64,000 bases of DNA, from positions 129,828,001-129,892,000 of the forward strand of contig JAGIQG010000002.1 in assembly GCA_024679065.1 (NCBI GenBank). The letters run 5' to 3'. The notes under the pieces were generated by a model that worked only from the letters and a program-made list of their open reading frames with translations, did not search any database and was not told where the DNA came from. The stretch's first letter is position 1, and each line of letters starts with the position of its first letter. Position numbers and translations under genes: made by a program. The stretch is from Sphyrna mokarran (taxonomy: Eukaryota). Below are positions 24,263-37,200 of this stretch, one piece after another.

Positions 24263-24849
24263 GTATTTGTACATATTTTATCAAAAATTCTTGTTAGTGC
24301 TCCTTATGATGTTTACGCAAACAACACACACCCACACGTCTCAAGAAGACACTAGAGATATGTAGATATTGGTTTGAAATGGTAAGGATAAATAACAGGC
24401 CCTTTTCATTGAAACAATGTTGTTATGTTGTGCACTGCATTCATTGTAAAAATCCACACAGAAGAAAAGGAATTTGGAAATCTAGAACATGCTTCCCAGA
24501 AAAGACTACGGTTGCTAGGGGCTTTCGGGTCAGAGGTACCAGATTTTTCATGAGCTCTGACTAGAAATTGTCTCTATTCTTTCTCCACAGATGCTGTCAG
24601 ACCTGCTGAGATTTTCCAGCATTTTCTGTTTTTGTTTCAGATTCTAGCATCCACAGTAATTTGTCTTCATCTGTAGGTATGTTTTTGTTGGGTAAGTGTC
24701 TGAGCGGACAGGGAGCCAGGCCAAGTTAATGGAGCTGAGCTGCAAATCGCTTATGATTTGACTGAATGACAGAGCAGGCCATGGCATTGATTTTGCCTCT
24801 TCCCTAAGTTCAAATGGAGCTCAAGTTGTGGCTGGGGTTCAAATCACAC

Positions 24850-25225
24850 GCAAGAGAGTGGAACATAAAATCTAGGCTGACATTTCCAACACAGTATTGA
24901 GTTAATGCTACAGGATTGAAGGATGAGACCTTAAAGCTAGGTCCCCTCTGCCTTATTCAAATGGATGTGAAACAATTCTGTGCTACGATGAGAAATGCAG
25001 TAGAGTTCTCCCCCATGCCCTGGCCAATATTTATCCCTGTACCAACGCATAAAGGAGCAGATCATTTATTATACATCACATGATCTGTTTTTGGAATTGC
25101 GCTGCACACAATGGTAGCTACATTTCCCTAGGTAACAACAGTGACAATATTTCATAATTACTTCATTGGCAGTAAAGTGCCTTGGGATGCCCTGAGGTGC
25201 TAAGTAAATGCAAGCCTTTCTTGAA
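24850..25225 (+). mobile_element. Deu-domain SINE (SacSINE1/AmnSINE-like); related copies at ~2255-2515 (+), ~23160-23445 (+), ~34960-35325 (-) and ~43605-43780 (-)
   Basis: Recalled Deu-domain motif ggatgtgaaa...gagttctcc...cctggccaatatttatccct...gcagatcattt, with an L2-like tail ttcattggc.gtaaagtgccttgggat. Confidence 0.6.
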
Positions 25226-25269
25226 GGAAGTGAGCTGGGTTCTGGGCACAGGCCAGACAATTAGCTCAT

Positions 25270-27340
25270 TACCACCTCAAAGAATTTTAATCAATTTGTC
25301 AGGCATGATTTTCCATTTATGAAGGCATGATTTTCCCTTCATGAAGCCATGCTGACTCTGATTATGTTATGCATTTCTAAATGCTTTGCTGTTACATTCT
25401 TTATAATGTACTCTAACATTTTCCCAATGATAGATGTTATGCTAACTGGGCTATACGTACTGTTTTTTGTCTCTGTCAATTTTTCAGTAAGGATGTCCCA
25501 AATCCTCTGGGACTTAACTAAAGTTTCAGAATTCTTGACAATTGCTACATGTGCATCCATTACCTCGATAGCTACTTCTCTTTGTATCGTTGGATGTAAC
25601 CCATCAGTCTTTATCCCATTAGTTTCCCTAGTACTTTTCCTCAAGTTCTAGTTGTCATATGTATTTCCTCCACAACTTCTGCCTCTTGATTATTTTGTAT
25701 TTTTAGAATTTTAATGTGTTCCACCAGGAAGACTGATGTAAAGTGTTTATTTAACTCCTCTCCAATTTTTTGGTTCCCTATTATTATTTGTGCATTCTCA
25801 TTCTCTAAAAGGCCTATGTCCACTTAGGCCTCTCACTTGCTATGTATTTAAAGAAACTCTGACTTCATTTTTGTATTTCTTGTTAGTTTGCCCACAGTTT
25901 ATCTTCTCCCACTTCATTTTTTTTGGTCATCTTTTGTTGGTTTTTAAACCTTTCTCAATCTTCTGTCTTACCATTAATCTTTGCCACATTGCATGTTTTT
26001 TTCTTTCAGTTTAATATTATCCTTAACCTCCTTGGTTAAGCATGCTGTTTTAAACCATTCCTAGAACCAGTCTTCCTTGCTGAGATATATCTTTGTTGTG
26101 AGTATGAACTATTTTGGTAAATGCCTACCATTGCTAATCAACTTTTTCTACTAAACTCCTCATTACACATTACTAGATCTAAAATAGCCCGATCCCTGGT
26201 TGGATCAACAACTTATTGTTACTGGAATCTATCCTGAATACACTATATGAATTCTTCCTCATGGCTACATCTGCCAATTTGATTTTCCCAATTTTCATGA
26301 AGGTTAAAGTGATCCATGATTAATGTATTGCTTTTTTTTAACATTATCATTGTTATCTCATTATCTCCTGACATATTCTCCATCCTACACTATGGCTATG
26401 TTAGGTGGCCTCTAGACACCTCCCACCAGAGTCTTCTTTCCCTTGTTAATTCTTAACTCCACCCACGTGGATTCAAAATTTTCCAATCGAAGATCATTTC
26501 CTATTATTGTACTTATTCCATATTGTACTAACAAAGCTATTCCTCTACCCTTTCCTTCCTGTCCTGACAAAAAAAAATCACATGCCCCTGAATGTATAGT
26601 TCCTAGCTTTGATCTCCTTGGAACCACATCTCTGTAATGGCTATAAAATCATATAAGAGCCACTAACGTTGCCTTTTTCCCCATTTCTGCTCCCTTTGAA
26701 CCTATTTGCCGCTTTTTTTAAATGTTTGTACACTGTTCCTTTCACACATTGGGTACCATTATATAAATAGCTGCCTTGCAATGTAGCTATACCATTTAGT
26801 TTTATGAGCCTACATTTCCTCTCTGCACAACCGTCCCACCCTTTATTTAGTTTAAAACTCTCTCTACTTTCCTAATTATGCATTTTTCAAGAACACTGAT
26901 CCCAGCATGGGTCAGATGTAGGTTATCCCAACTGTATAACACCTCTTTCTCCAGTACTGATGCCAGTGTCCCACGAGCCAAAACCCACTTGTCCCATGCC
27001 AGTCTGTGAGCCATGTATTCATCTCTCCAATTTTATGTACCCAATGCTAATTTGCGTGATGCTCAGGTAATAATTCTGAGATAACATTGGAAATCCTGTT
27101 GTTCAATTGAATGCCTTGCTCCTCAAGTCTCTATGCAGAACCTCCTTCCTTGTTCTACCTATGTCACTAGTACCTACAAAAACTATGAAAAAGAGATCCT
27201 CTGCCTCTCACTGCAAGTTCTTTTCTGGAGTAGAAGTTCTGAGCCCTGGCACTGGATTGGCAATACAGTCTCTGAACTCTCACTCCATGTTAAGGAGAAC
27301 ACTATCTATCCCCCTCTCCATATTGTGCCTACTATCCTTA
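25270..27340 (-). mobile_element. Old CR1 LINE fragment (endonuclease to early RT region)
   Basis: Minus-strand remnants GKGRGIALLV, WVELRINKGKKTLVGGV, EELNKHFTSVF, DGLHPTIQREVA and YSPVSITSIIGKMLE. Confidence 0.8.
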
Positions 27341-28167
27341 CCTTCTTACTAGTAAACCCCATTAGAATAATATTCTGTACAATTAGGCCATGATCAGTCA
27401 GCACTTGGGAAAATGGGCAGGAATGGAAAGTTTGTTTTTGCATTCAGGGGAACCCCCACCAAGGTATTGCCCTCCAACCTATACATCAGTGGCTGGCCTC
27501 CAAAACTGACTGCCTCCCCTTCATCCCCCGGGGTGAGTCTCCTGATTTCCCCCCCTCCCTCTTCCCCACACACACCACCATCAAAAATTGCTCAACCTAC
27601 CTGGCTGCAGAATCCATCATCCACCTTCTTTGTGGAGATATGTGTGGTCCTAGCAGTGCCTATTTCTGAGTTCTAGTGGTGCTGGGACTGAAGCCAATGA
27701 AAGTGACTTCTTTCAGTCAGGATACTTGAAAGGGGTCTTCTCACAGAAGCTCCTGATCAAGAGAAAGGTTAGTGCCTTCTGCAGATTGGAGTGCTGTTGG
27801 ATTTTGAAATTCTGCCAGTCGTCCATGAAGATTAAAGTTTTCACAATCCACTTCAAAGTTTTCATAGTCCACAGACCAGAATGAAGACTTTGATCAGAGA
27901 GATGTTTGAAATCATCATTCCAAGAGAGATGTTCAGGTCTCTGAGGGCTAGAAGGGGCAGTCTAGTCATTGGACCCCATCCCGGCAAGATTGCTGAAGTC
28001 AACCCCAACCCAAGCCCCCCTAAGACTGTATGAGGACCCTCCCTCTGTAACTTGATGGAATCAGAGGGCACATGGGCACTGAACTAAGCCCCTTGACTGC
28101 CCCCCACTTTGGTGCTCAACATGCCAAATCATGACCAGCACCAAAGCCTATGCAGTGCTGTTCCCTC

Positions 28168-28465
28168 TGATTTGATTTGATTTGATTTATTGTTGTCACA
28201 TATATTAACATACAATGTAAAGTATTGTTTCTTGTATGCTATACAGACAGAGCATATTGCTCATAAAGAAGAAAACAAGAGAGTGCAGAATGTAATGTTA
28301 CAGTCATAGCTAGAGTGTAGAGAAAGATTAACTTAATGCAAGGTAGGTCCATTCAAAAGCCTGACAGCAACAGGGAAGAAGCTGTTCTTGAGTCGGTTGG
28401 TACATGTCCTCAGACTTTTGTATCCTTTTCCCGATGGAAAAAGGTGGAAGAGAGAATGTCTGGGG
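28168..28465 (-). mobile_element. Rex1/Babar-like LINE 3' end
   Basis: (GATTT)n tail at 28168-28190; homologous to 1-333 in reverse orientation. Confidence 0.72.
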
Positions 28466-29929
28466 AGGTGGGTGAGTGTCTAGAGAGATGGGTAAATGGT
28501 GGGAGGCCTTGAATCGGGCTTCAATCCCACTAATGACAATGAAATCAACAATTTTGCATAATCATCATGTTCCCATCTGTTCTAGCCAGGAGGTTGGTGG
28601 GAGTTGGGGGGCAGGGGAGGATGGTGGTGGTGATGAATCAGAAATGTTTAGACACCTGGCAGTAATCCCATTTTAGCTCCGACCTCAGCTGGCCATCAGC
28701 ATTCCTGTTGTAGCGAATGTGGCTGGTGAATCCCCCCATTCCCCTTCTTCTCTCAAACGGTCATTAACCTTTGAAGTGTTTGTGGGAATCTAGGACAATG
28801 GAAACTTGAAAAGCAGGACTGAAACCCTGCAAGGTGGGTCGTTGCTGGTGCCATCTGAGTTGGAATGATTTTTTTGAAGCTAATTCCCAGGTGAGATCTT
28901 CATAGGCAAAGATTGGAAACAGAGACTGCTTGATTCACAATGTCATTAATGTCTGGTGGGTTGTTGAGAAATCCATGGACTCTGTTTTGGTCACACCTAC
29001 CATGTTTTGGGCAGTGTAGTGTGTTCCACCACAGTTGGCTTGTTAGATCAAACGTACCTCATATTAAATGTGAATGTTAAAAGTATAATATAGATACTGT
29101 AAATTGTTTTATCTTTCTGACTTTGAATCGGAAAGTTTATTTTCGTTTGTTCAAAGCCTATGGAATCTTGTCACTCTGCAAGTTCAATTTCAAACTTTAA
29201 ACAAAACATCATTGGTCCCTAACCAGCTCTCACCAACTACTTAGGGATCTGACTAAACTCTATAGCAAAGAGTTAAAGAGCTCTTGAAATAAATGAAAGG
29301 GAATTTTTTTTAATCACACATTTTATTCAGTTCTTCACAACTAATATTCATTACTTGCCAGGAAATGTTTATTATTTGTACTCATTGTTTTGGTTTATGA
29401 GGATCTATTGCTATTAAATTTTCTACATAGGAGTTTGTTTTTATTCATTGATGGGATGTGGGCCAACATTTTTTATTTGTTCTTACTCACTTTTGTGAAG
29501 GTGTGGTGAGTCATTAGCGAGTTGGTGATTTAGTTTGATTTATTGGACTTTTCTTTGACCTGTTTAACCTCTTTTTTCCATTCTGTCTGTGCCTATTCAC
29601 ATGTGTTACAGATCTGCTGCATTCTTAGCTCAGTGCGAGTCCAGAACTCCATGTGTAATGTATGTTCTAATTGTCAAAAAAAACATCTGCCCAGTAAACC
29701 TAGAGTAACCTTTGCAATTGATTAAGTGGTTCATGAAATTTGTGTAGTATTCAAAACAAACCGACAAAGTAATGTTGAATTAGTTTCCATTACCTTCTCA
29801 TAGATGAAGCCAGATTATTTTCTTCCCTTTGATGTATCTTTGGCCTCAGTATAGCAAACATTTCATTCGCCAATGTACGGTGGAAAAAAATGTCACTGCT
29901 TGAGCAGATTGAATTTTATCTTGGTGAGG

Positions 29930-30740
29930 TTAGACTTCACTATTTCAATGGACTCCTGGCTGGTCTCTACATTCTATCTCCCATAAACTAGAGATCATCT
30001 GAAAGTCTGCAGTTTATGTTACAATTAATACAAGTCTGATCTTGTTTCTCTATGATCATTGTGCTCTCTGACTTACATTGTTAGAGTTTATTTATTAGTG
30101 TCACAAGGAGACTTACATAAAAAATGAAGTTACCGTTAAGATCACCTAGTCACTATACTCCATGCCTGTTCTGGTACACTGAGGGAGAATTTACCATGGC
30201 CAATACACCTAACCAGCATGTCTTTCGGACTGTGGAAGGAAATCAATGCATCCAGAGAAAACCCAGGCAGACACGAGGAGAAAATACAAACACTGTGCAG
30301 ACAGTGACACAAGGCAGGAATCAAACCTGGGTCCCTGCTGCTGCAAGGCAAAAGTACTAACCACTGTGCTACCCTGCCATATAATCTGTGATTCTGGATC
30401 AAGTAACACCTTGATTGTAAAATTCTTGTTGTTGTTTCAATTGTCTTAATGGCCTCACCCTTCCTTATCTTGATAATCACTTTCAGCCCTACAGTTCTTT
30501 GAGATATCTATGCCCTTCTAAATCTGGCCTCTTCAGTTGCCCAGTTTGGATTCCTGTACCAGTGGTGGCCTTGCCTTCAGTTGCCTAGTTCCTAGGCTCT
30601 GGGATTTCTGTCATACCATCTTTTTGCTTTGTATCTTTAAAACATTCCTTAAAACTTACCTCTTTGACTAAGCTTTTGGTCATCTAGCCTAATATGTCCT
30701 TGTGTGGCTCTTTGTTATATTTTGTTTGTGGGAAGATGGT
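29930..30740 (+). mobile_element. Old L2-like LINE 3' fragment interrupted by a V-SINE
   Basis: tcctggctggtctct...gccttcagttgcctag...ccttaaaacttacctctttgactaagcttttggtcatc, a typical L2 3' end. A reverse fragment of similar sequence lies at ~19780-19990. Confidence 0.55.
30084..30380 (-). mobile_element. V-SINE, tail type B
   Basis: Full reverse copy. Confidence 0.85.
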
Positions 30741-31635
30741 TGAGTGTAATAGGTGCCTGTGGATATCTGACATCATTTTGAGACTCAAATGTGAAAAAAG
30801 CAGAAGAAAACATTGATCTAAGCACATAAAAAGCAAAATTTGCGAAATTGGGGTCTCACGCCATGTATGCAAAGAACTTCATGTATGTAATATCTTTCAT
30901 GACCACAGGCTGTCTGCTGACAAACATTCCATTAGTGATTGGGATCTTCCATCTGTTGCCTTCCCCAACTAAATACTAAGGGATTTGGGGATAACTTTCT
31001 CATTTTCTTGCATCGGAATTTACCATGCATTTCATATGAGATGGAATATAGGGACCTTGAAGAATAGATCTTGGGAGCAGGAGTAGGGCCTTTGAGCCAG
31101 CTTTGGCATTCGATAAGATCACAGCTGATCTGGTTGTAATCTCAGGTTCATTTTCCTGTCTACCGCCTATAACACACGAGTCCATTGTCTATCAAAAATC
31201 CATCTAACTGAGCCTTCAATAAATTCTTGGCCTCTTGGCTACACTGGGTTATATTTCAAATTCTGGCTCGAATTGAAGGGCAGATTAGCCTACTTTCTGC
31301 CTCAATTTTAGATGTAATTTACATGGGATTTAATGGGATTGAGAGTTATAGATAGGCCTGGTAGGTATGGATATAATTGGCGCAACTTGTGTGCCGAAGG
31401 GCCTGTTTGTGCTGTAGCGTTCTATGTTCTATATTCTATAATCACGGAATGATAGAATCCCTTTCTTCCCTAAAATGCACTAGAGAATCAAATGGATATT
31501 TACAACAACTTAACATTTTCATGGCCATTTTTAGTGATGATATACAGATGCCGGCGTTGGATTGGGGTGGTAAGAACTCAGTAAGAATTTAGCAACACCA
31601 ATTTATAATCCAACCGATTTATTTGATAGTAAAAA

Positions 31636-31671
31636 AGCGAGCTTTCAACACTCTGTGTCTTCCTCAGGCAA
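31636..31671 (-). ncRNA. Mirror copy of the hammerhead-like motif
   Basis: Reverse complement is identical to 33895-33930. Confidence 0.55.
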
Positions 31672-31883
31672 ATGCAATGTTCTGGTCTGCAATAGCACAC
31701 GTCAGCACAGACAGTCAGAGATTGCTGATTAGAATGCGAATCCTTACATCTAACCTGCTATTGAAGTGTTAAAGTGGCCAACAATGTGTGTGAAGGGAAT
31801 CCTGAGCATTGTTGGAGAATTGTGTGTTTTCTCCAGACAGCACAGTAAGTGAGGTTTTTGCTAACCCAGGCAAGTTACGGGGG

Positions 31884-32968
31884 TTACAGATAGTGTGTCA
31901 TGAAGCCAAGATCCCTGTTAAGACCGTCCTCATGTGTGCGGAACTTGGCTATCAGTCTCTGCTCAGCGACTCTGCGCTGTCGTGTGTCACGAAGGCCCCC
32001 TTGAAAAACATTTACCGGCAGGTCGGAGGCCGAATGCCCATGACTGCTGAAGTGTTCGCCCACAGGAAGGGAACTGTTTTGACTGGTGATTGCTGAGCGA
32101 TGCTCATTCATCCGCTGTCGTAGTGTCTGCATGGTCTCCCCAATATACCATGCTTCGGGACATCCTTTCTTGCAACGTATTAGGTAGACAACGTTGGCCG
32201 AGTTGCAAGTGTATGTACCGTGTACCTGGTGAATGGTATCCTCACGTTTGATGATGTCGTCCATGTCTATGATCCGGTATGTCTTGCAGAGGTTGCTGTG
32301 GCAGGGTTGTGTGGTATTGTGGTCACTGTTTCCTGAAGGTTGGGTAGTTTGCTGCGAACAATGATCTGTTTGAGGTTGTGCGGTTGTCTGAAAGCAAGAA
32401 GTGGGGAGGTGGGGATGGCCCTAGCGAGATGTTCATCGTCATCAATGATATGTTGAAGACTCCGGAGAAGATGTCGTAGCTTCTCCGCTCCGGGGAAGTA
32501 CTGGACAACAAAAGGTACTCTGTCCACCGTGTCCCGTGTTCGTCTTCTGAGGAGGTCAGTGCGGTTTATCGTTGTGGCACGTCGGAACTGTCGATCGATG
32601 AGTCGAGCGCCATATCCTGTTCTCACGAGGGCACCCTTCAGCGTCTGGAGGTGTCTGTCACGGTCCTCCTCATCTGAGCAAATTCTGTGTATACGGAGGG
32701 CTTGTCCATAGGGAATGGCTTCTTTAACGTGTCTCGGGTGGAAGCTGGAGAAGTGGAGCATTGTGAGGTTGTCTGTCGGTTTGCGGTACAGTGAGGTGCT
32801 GAGGTGACCATCCTTGATGGAGATGCATGTGTCCAAGAATGCAACTGATTCTGGAGAATAGTCCACGGTGAGTCTGATGGTGGGATGGAACTTGTTGATA
32901 TCATCATACAGTTGTTTCAATGATTGTTCACCATGAGTCCAAAGGAAAAAGATGTCATCAATGTATCT
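31884..32968 (-). pseudogene. Penelope-like RT/GIY-YIG ORF fragment, 5'-truncated, one frameshift near 32330
   Basis: ORFs 32267-32920 and 31884-32264 join if the 1-nt deletion relative to the plus arm (caggaaacag vs caggagaacag) is corrected. Confidence 0.88.
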
Positions 32969-32975
32969 AGTATCT

Positions 32976-33681
32976 AGTTCTGACGTGCCACAACGATAAA
33001 CCGCACTGACCTCCTCAGAAGACGAACACGGGACACGGTGGACAGAGTACCCTTTGTTGTCCAGTACTTCCCCGGAGCGAGAAGCTACGACATCTTCTCC
33101 GGAATCTTCAACATATCATTGATGACGATGAACATCTCGCTAGGGCCATCCCCACCCCCCCACTTCTTGCTTTCAGACAACCGCACAACCTCAAACAGAT
33201 CATTGTTCGCAGCAAACTACCCAACATTCAGGAGAACAGTGACCACAATACCACACAACCCTGCCACAGCAACCTCTGCAAGACATGCCGGATCGTAGAC
33301 ATGGACGACATCATCAAACGTGAGGATACCATTCACCAGGTACACGGTACATACACTTGCAACTCGGCCAACATTGTCTACCTAATACGTTGCAAGAAAG
33401 GATGTCCCGAAGCATGGTATATTGGGGAGACCATGCAAACACTACGACAGCGGATGAATGCGCATCGCTCAACAATCACCAGGCAAAACAGTTCCCTTCC
33501 TGTGGGTGAACACTTCAGCAGTCATGGGCATTCGGCCTCCGACCTGCGGGGAAATGTTCTTCAAGGGGGCTTTCGTGATACACGACAGCGCAGAGTCGCT
33601 GAGCAGAGACTGATAGCCAAGCTCCGCACACATGAGGACGGTCTTAACAGGGATCTTGGATTCATGACACACTATCTGTAA
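32976..33681 (+). pseudogene. Penelope-like linker plus GIY-YIG ORF fragment, frameshift near 33079
   Basis: DRVPFVVQYFPGA, then a 1-nt deletion, then PCHSNLCKTCRIV and a 126-aa GIY-YIG ORF (33301-33681). Confidence 0.88.
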
Positions 33682-33894
33682 CCCCCGTAACTTGCCTGGG
33701 TTAGCAAAAAACCTCACTTACTGTGCTGTCTGGAGAAAACACACAATTCTCCAACAATGCTCAGGATTCCCTTCCCACACATTGTTCGCCACTTTAACAC
33801 TTCAATAGCAGGTTAGATGTAAGGATTCGCATTCTAATCAGCAATCTCTGACTGTCTGTGCTGATGTGTGCTATTGCAGACCAGAACACTGCAT

Positions 33895-33930
33895 TTGCCT
33901 GAGGAAGACACAGAGTGTTGAAAGCTCGCT
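33895..33930 (+). ncRNA. Minimal hammerhead-ribozyme-like motif in the Penelope 3' UTR
   Basis: CTGAGGA(33899-33905)-A-GACAC/aga/GTGTT stem II-GAAA(33920-33923)-GCTC, giving a palindromic AGCT stem III. Penelope-like elements are known to carry such motifs. Stem I is only ~2 bp. Confidence 0.55.
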
Positions 33931-34039
33931 TTTTTACTATCAAATAAATCGGTTGGATTATAAATTGGTGTTGCTAAATTCTTACTGCATTTTTAGTGAT
34001 GTCAGCCTGGCATTTTCATGGTTACTTTTGCTGATACCT

Positions 34040-34265
34040 AGAATGGCAGAAGGAAGCCATTCAGTCCATTGAATCTGCACCAATACAATCCCATCCAGAC
34101 CCTTTCCCTGTAACCCCACATATTTATCCTGCTAATCCCCTGACATCACGGTCAATTTAGCATGATCAATCAACCTAACTTGCACATCTTTGGACTATGG
34201 GAGGAAACTGGAGCACCCAGAGGAAACCACCCAGATATGGTGAAAATGTGCGAACTTCATAAAGA
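34040..34265 (-). mobile_element. V-SINE, tail type A, head missing
   Basis: Reverse tail and core only. Confidence 0.75.
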
Positions 34266-37200
34266 CAAATTGCTTCCAGGCATCAACAAATACTGTCCAT
34301 AGTGTGACGTACGTAGGACAGTTGTCTGGTTGTCTGCTTTCTGAATGCATCATTAGTGGGAAGGAATAGCCTGGTTTCCATCAGACACAATAACCTAAAC
34401 AATGAGATTGAGATCAGACCATCACAATGTATGGAATGCTGTACACAAACCCACAAAGCTAATGCTAACATTCCAAACAGCATATTTCTTGAATTTGTTG
34501 TCAAGATATAGACATTAAAGGCATGGTAAGCATTTATTATCTATTCACAATTGTTGAAGAGGTGGGTGACATAACTGAATAACTTACTAGGCCACTTTAG
34601 AAGGCAATTAAGAGTCAATAACATTGGTGTGAAACTGTAGGCCAAACTGGTTAAGGATGGTTGGCTTTCGTTCCTAAAGCGCACAAGTGAATCTGTTAGA
34701 TATTTACAACAGCCTAGCATTTTCATGATCACTTTTACTGATGCCAGATTTTTGTTTTAGTTCTAGATTTTTGTTTTTTTTTATTCATTGTTGGGAAATG
34801 GGCGTCATTGACTAGGCAGCATTTATTGCTCATCCCTAATTGCCCTTGTTTAGAGGGCAGTTGTGAGCCAATCACATTGCTGTGGCTCTGCAGTCATATG
34901 TAGGCCAGACCAGAAAAGGACAGCAGATTTTCTTTCCTAAACGATATTAGTGAACCAAAGATGCTTTGCAAATAGTGTAGTCCTTTTGAAGTGTAATTCC
35001 TATTGCAATATAGAAAAGATGTAATGTGCAACAATTTGTCTGCAGCAAACTCCCATGTATGGCAATGAGATTTTTTTTTTGCAATGTTATTGCTTAAGAA
35101 AGATTAATTCAACTGGTCAGCAGGGAGAATTTCTCTGTTGTTCATCAGATGTTTTACGTCCACTTGAGAAGACAATGGGTTTTTGATTTAAAATCTCAGC
35201 TGAAAGATAGTGCCTCTGAACGGTAGCATTTCTTTAATACCACACAGGACACATAAGCCTGGATTAAATGCTCAAGTTTCTGAAGTGGGACTTAAATCTC
35301 CAACCTTCAAACTCATACTGAACCATGGCTGGCAAAGTAATCTATGATGACCAGTACAATCATAACTCTCCAGATCTCAGCCAGATGTTCAGACTTCTAA
35401 ATCTCACTCAGTGCAACAATCAACAGTTTAAGGTAACAGAAATGTTGCAATGTGGTTGCTATTATGTGTTGCAGTGCCCAGCCATGATAAGTACAGTTAG
35501 TATTTGAACGACTACTGTCAATGTGAAAGATGCAGCTCACAATGTGCAACATTCTCTGAGTCGCCGCCAAATTGCATCATGCTGAAATTTATATTGTAAG
35601 CTCTTGCAATTTTCTGATGCAGATCTTCCTCCCTTCTTGAACAATAATTCGAAATGCTAGCAGCTTTGGTGGCACAGGATGTGAGAAGGAAGTACTAGGG
35701 AGGAAGGAAGGTTGAGGATGAATTTTAAACTAATCAGTTCAGCCTGAAGTTAAGTGAGTCACGTGACTTATCCATTTTAAACCTCATCCATTTTACTCTC
35801 TATGGACTTCAAGTTGGACCAGAATTTGACGGGGGTTTAAAATGGGAAGTTGTTCTGATTAGTTTTGCACCAACAGAGTTGTCGGTGTGATAACCCCCAT
35901 GATTTGCATAGGGCATCACTCATTGACCTTCCAGTCGGGCTCATTGAATATAAAATCCCTGGGAATTTGTAAGTAGTCAACCAGGTTGAGCTCATATACT
36001 GAACCCTGTTTCAAGCAAGACCCTGAGAGGGTCCATTAATCTTTTAGTCCTGGTTGGGACCTGTTGTGTTCACGTCAGGCTTGTGGTTATTGTTTATTTT
36101 CATTTTGTGCATTAAAAGCACATTTCCTTCACAGCCGATTCCTGGAGTTATTATAGGCACCTAGCAGTTCCATGTTCACTGTAGATGAGGAGATGGGTGT
36201 ATAATCTTTCTAACTTGGAGGCGCTGAAGCTGAAAGCCATCAGAGAAGGATTAGAAGCAATTATCCCAGAATTCTCTTGTTCTTCCTCCCCAGTGACCAG
36301 CTAAAGCTCGACAGTCACAGAAGTCCAGGAGATTGTCATTATGAGATATTGCCCACGGCATAGAAGTTTGATTGCACTTTCATTGATGAGGTTGAGGGTT
36401 AAAGCCCATTCCAGCAATGGAGAGAATTGACAGATAAGGATTTGGGAAAGGGGGGTAGAATTGTAGGGGGAAGTAGGGTGGGAGGGTCCCAGATCTATAT
36501 GTGAATATTTACATTTTAAAATCTTACCTGTAGCGATCACATTATGCTTCAACTGTTGGGTCATATGTAGGTCGCATTTTCCTGAATGTTATTGGGGCTG
36601 GAATCTCTATACTAACCAGGTTGCATCAAGCAGACATTATGACCCATATGTGCACAAACCTGTTTTGGATATCTCTCTGTTATGTTTTTTTTTGCCTGTA
36701 TCAGTACATCTCCAGCTATATTCATAATGAATATATGCTTCCTGCCACATACATTATAGACTTTAGAGGCCTATTAATGCTTAAATTCTGAAGCCAGCGT
36801 GCAGTGAAAGGATGGGGTTTCATTTACAGTAATGCATCTCTATAAACAGGATTTGAAATATTAACTGGAGCATATGATGGTTTGAAGTAACCTTTGGGGA
36901 AAATATAGATCATTGAAAATTCAGATATTACTCTGTGGTTCCTGCCTTAAAAAATCTATTTATTGCGGAACAACTTTTACCCAGAGAGTGGCTAGAATGT
37001 GGAACTACCACGTGGAGCAGTTGAGGCAAATAGCATAGATGCCTCAAAAAGGAAACAACATAAAGATATGAAGGTGGTGGAAATAGTGGGAATGTTGCTA
37101 GGGTCCGATCAGGTAGGATGGGAAGTACCTCATATTGAGACTAAACACTGGCTTATACCAGCTGGGTTAAATGACTGGTTTTTGAGATGTAAATTTTGGG

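Larger units (their letters stand above)
31540..33987. mobile_element. Penelope-like retroelement: two 5'-truncated copies joined head-to-head, flanked by a 14-bp TSD
   Basis: The minus arm encodes the RT C-terminus from RYIDDIFFLW (32968 downwards), thumb, Cys-rich linker and a GIY-YIG nuclease (VVYLIRC...WYIGET...LRQRMNEHR). The plus arm 32976-33987 is an inverted copy of 31579-32589. catttttagtgatg occurs at 31526-31539 and 33988-34001. Confidence 0.93.

Noticed and set aside
35886-36155. Solo-LTR-like segments (also ~28706-29267)
   Set aside because: Only degenerate terminal matches, no TSD and no second copy in the window.
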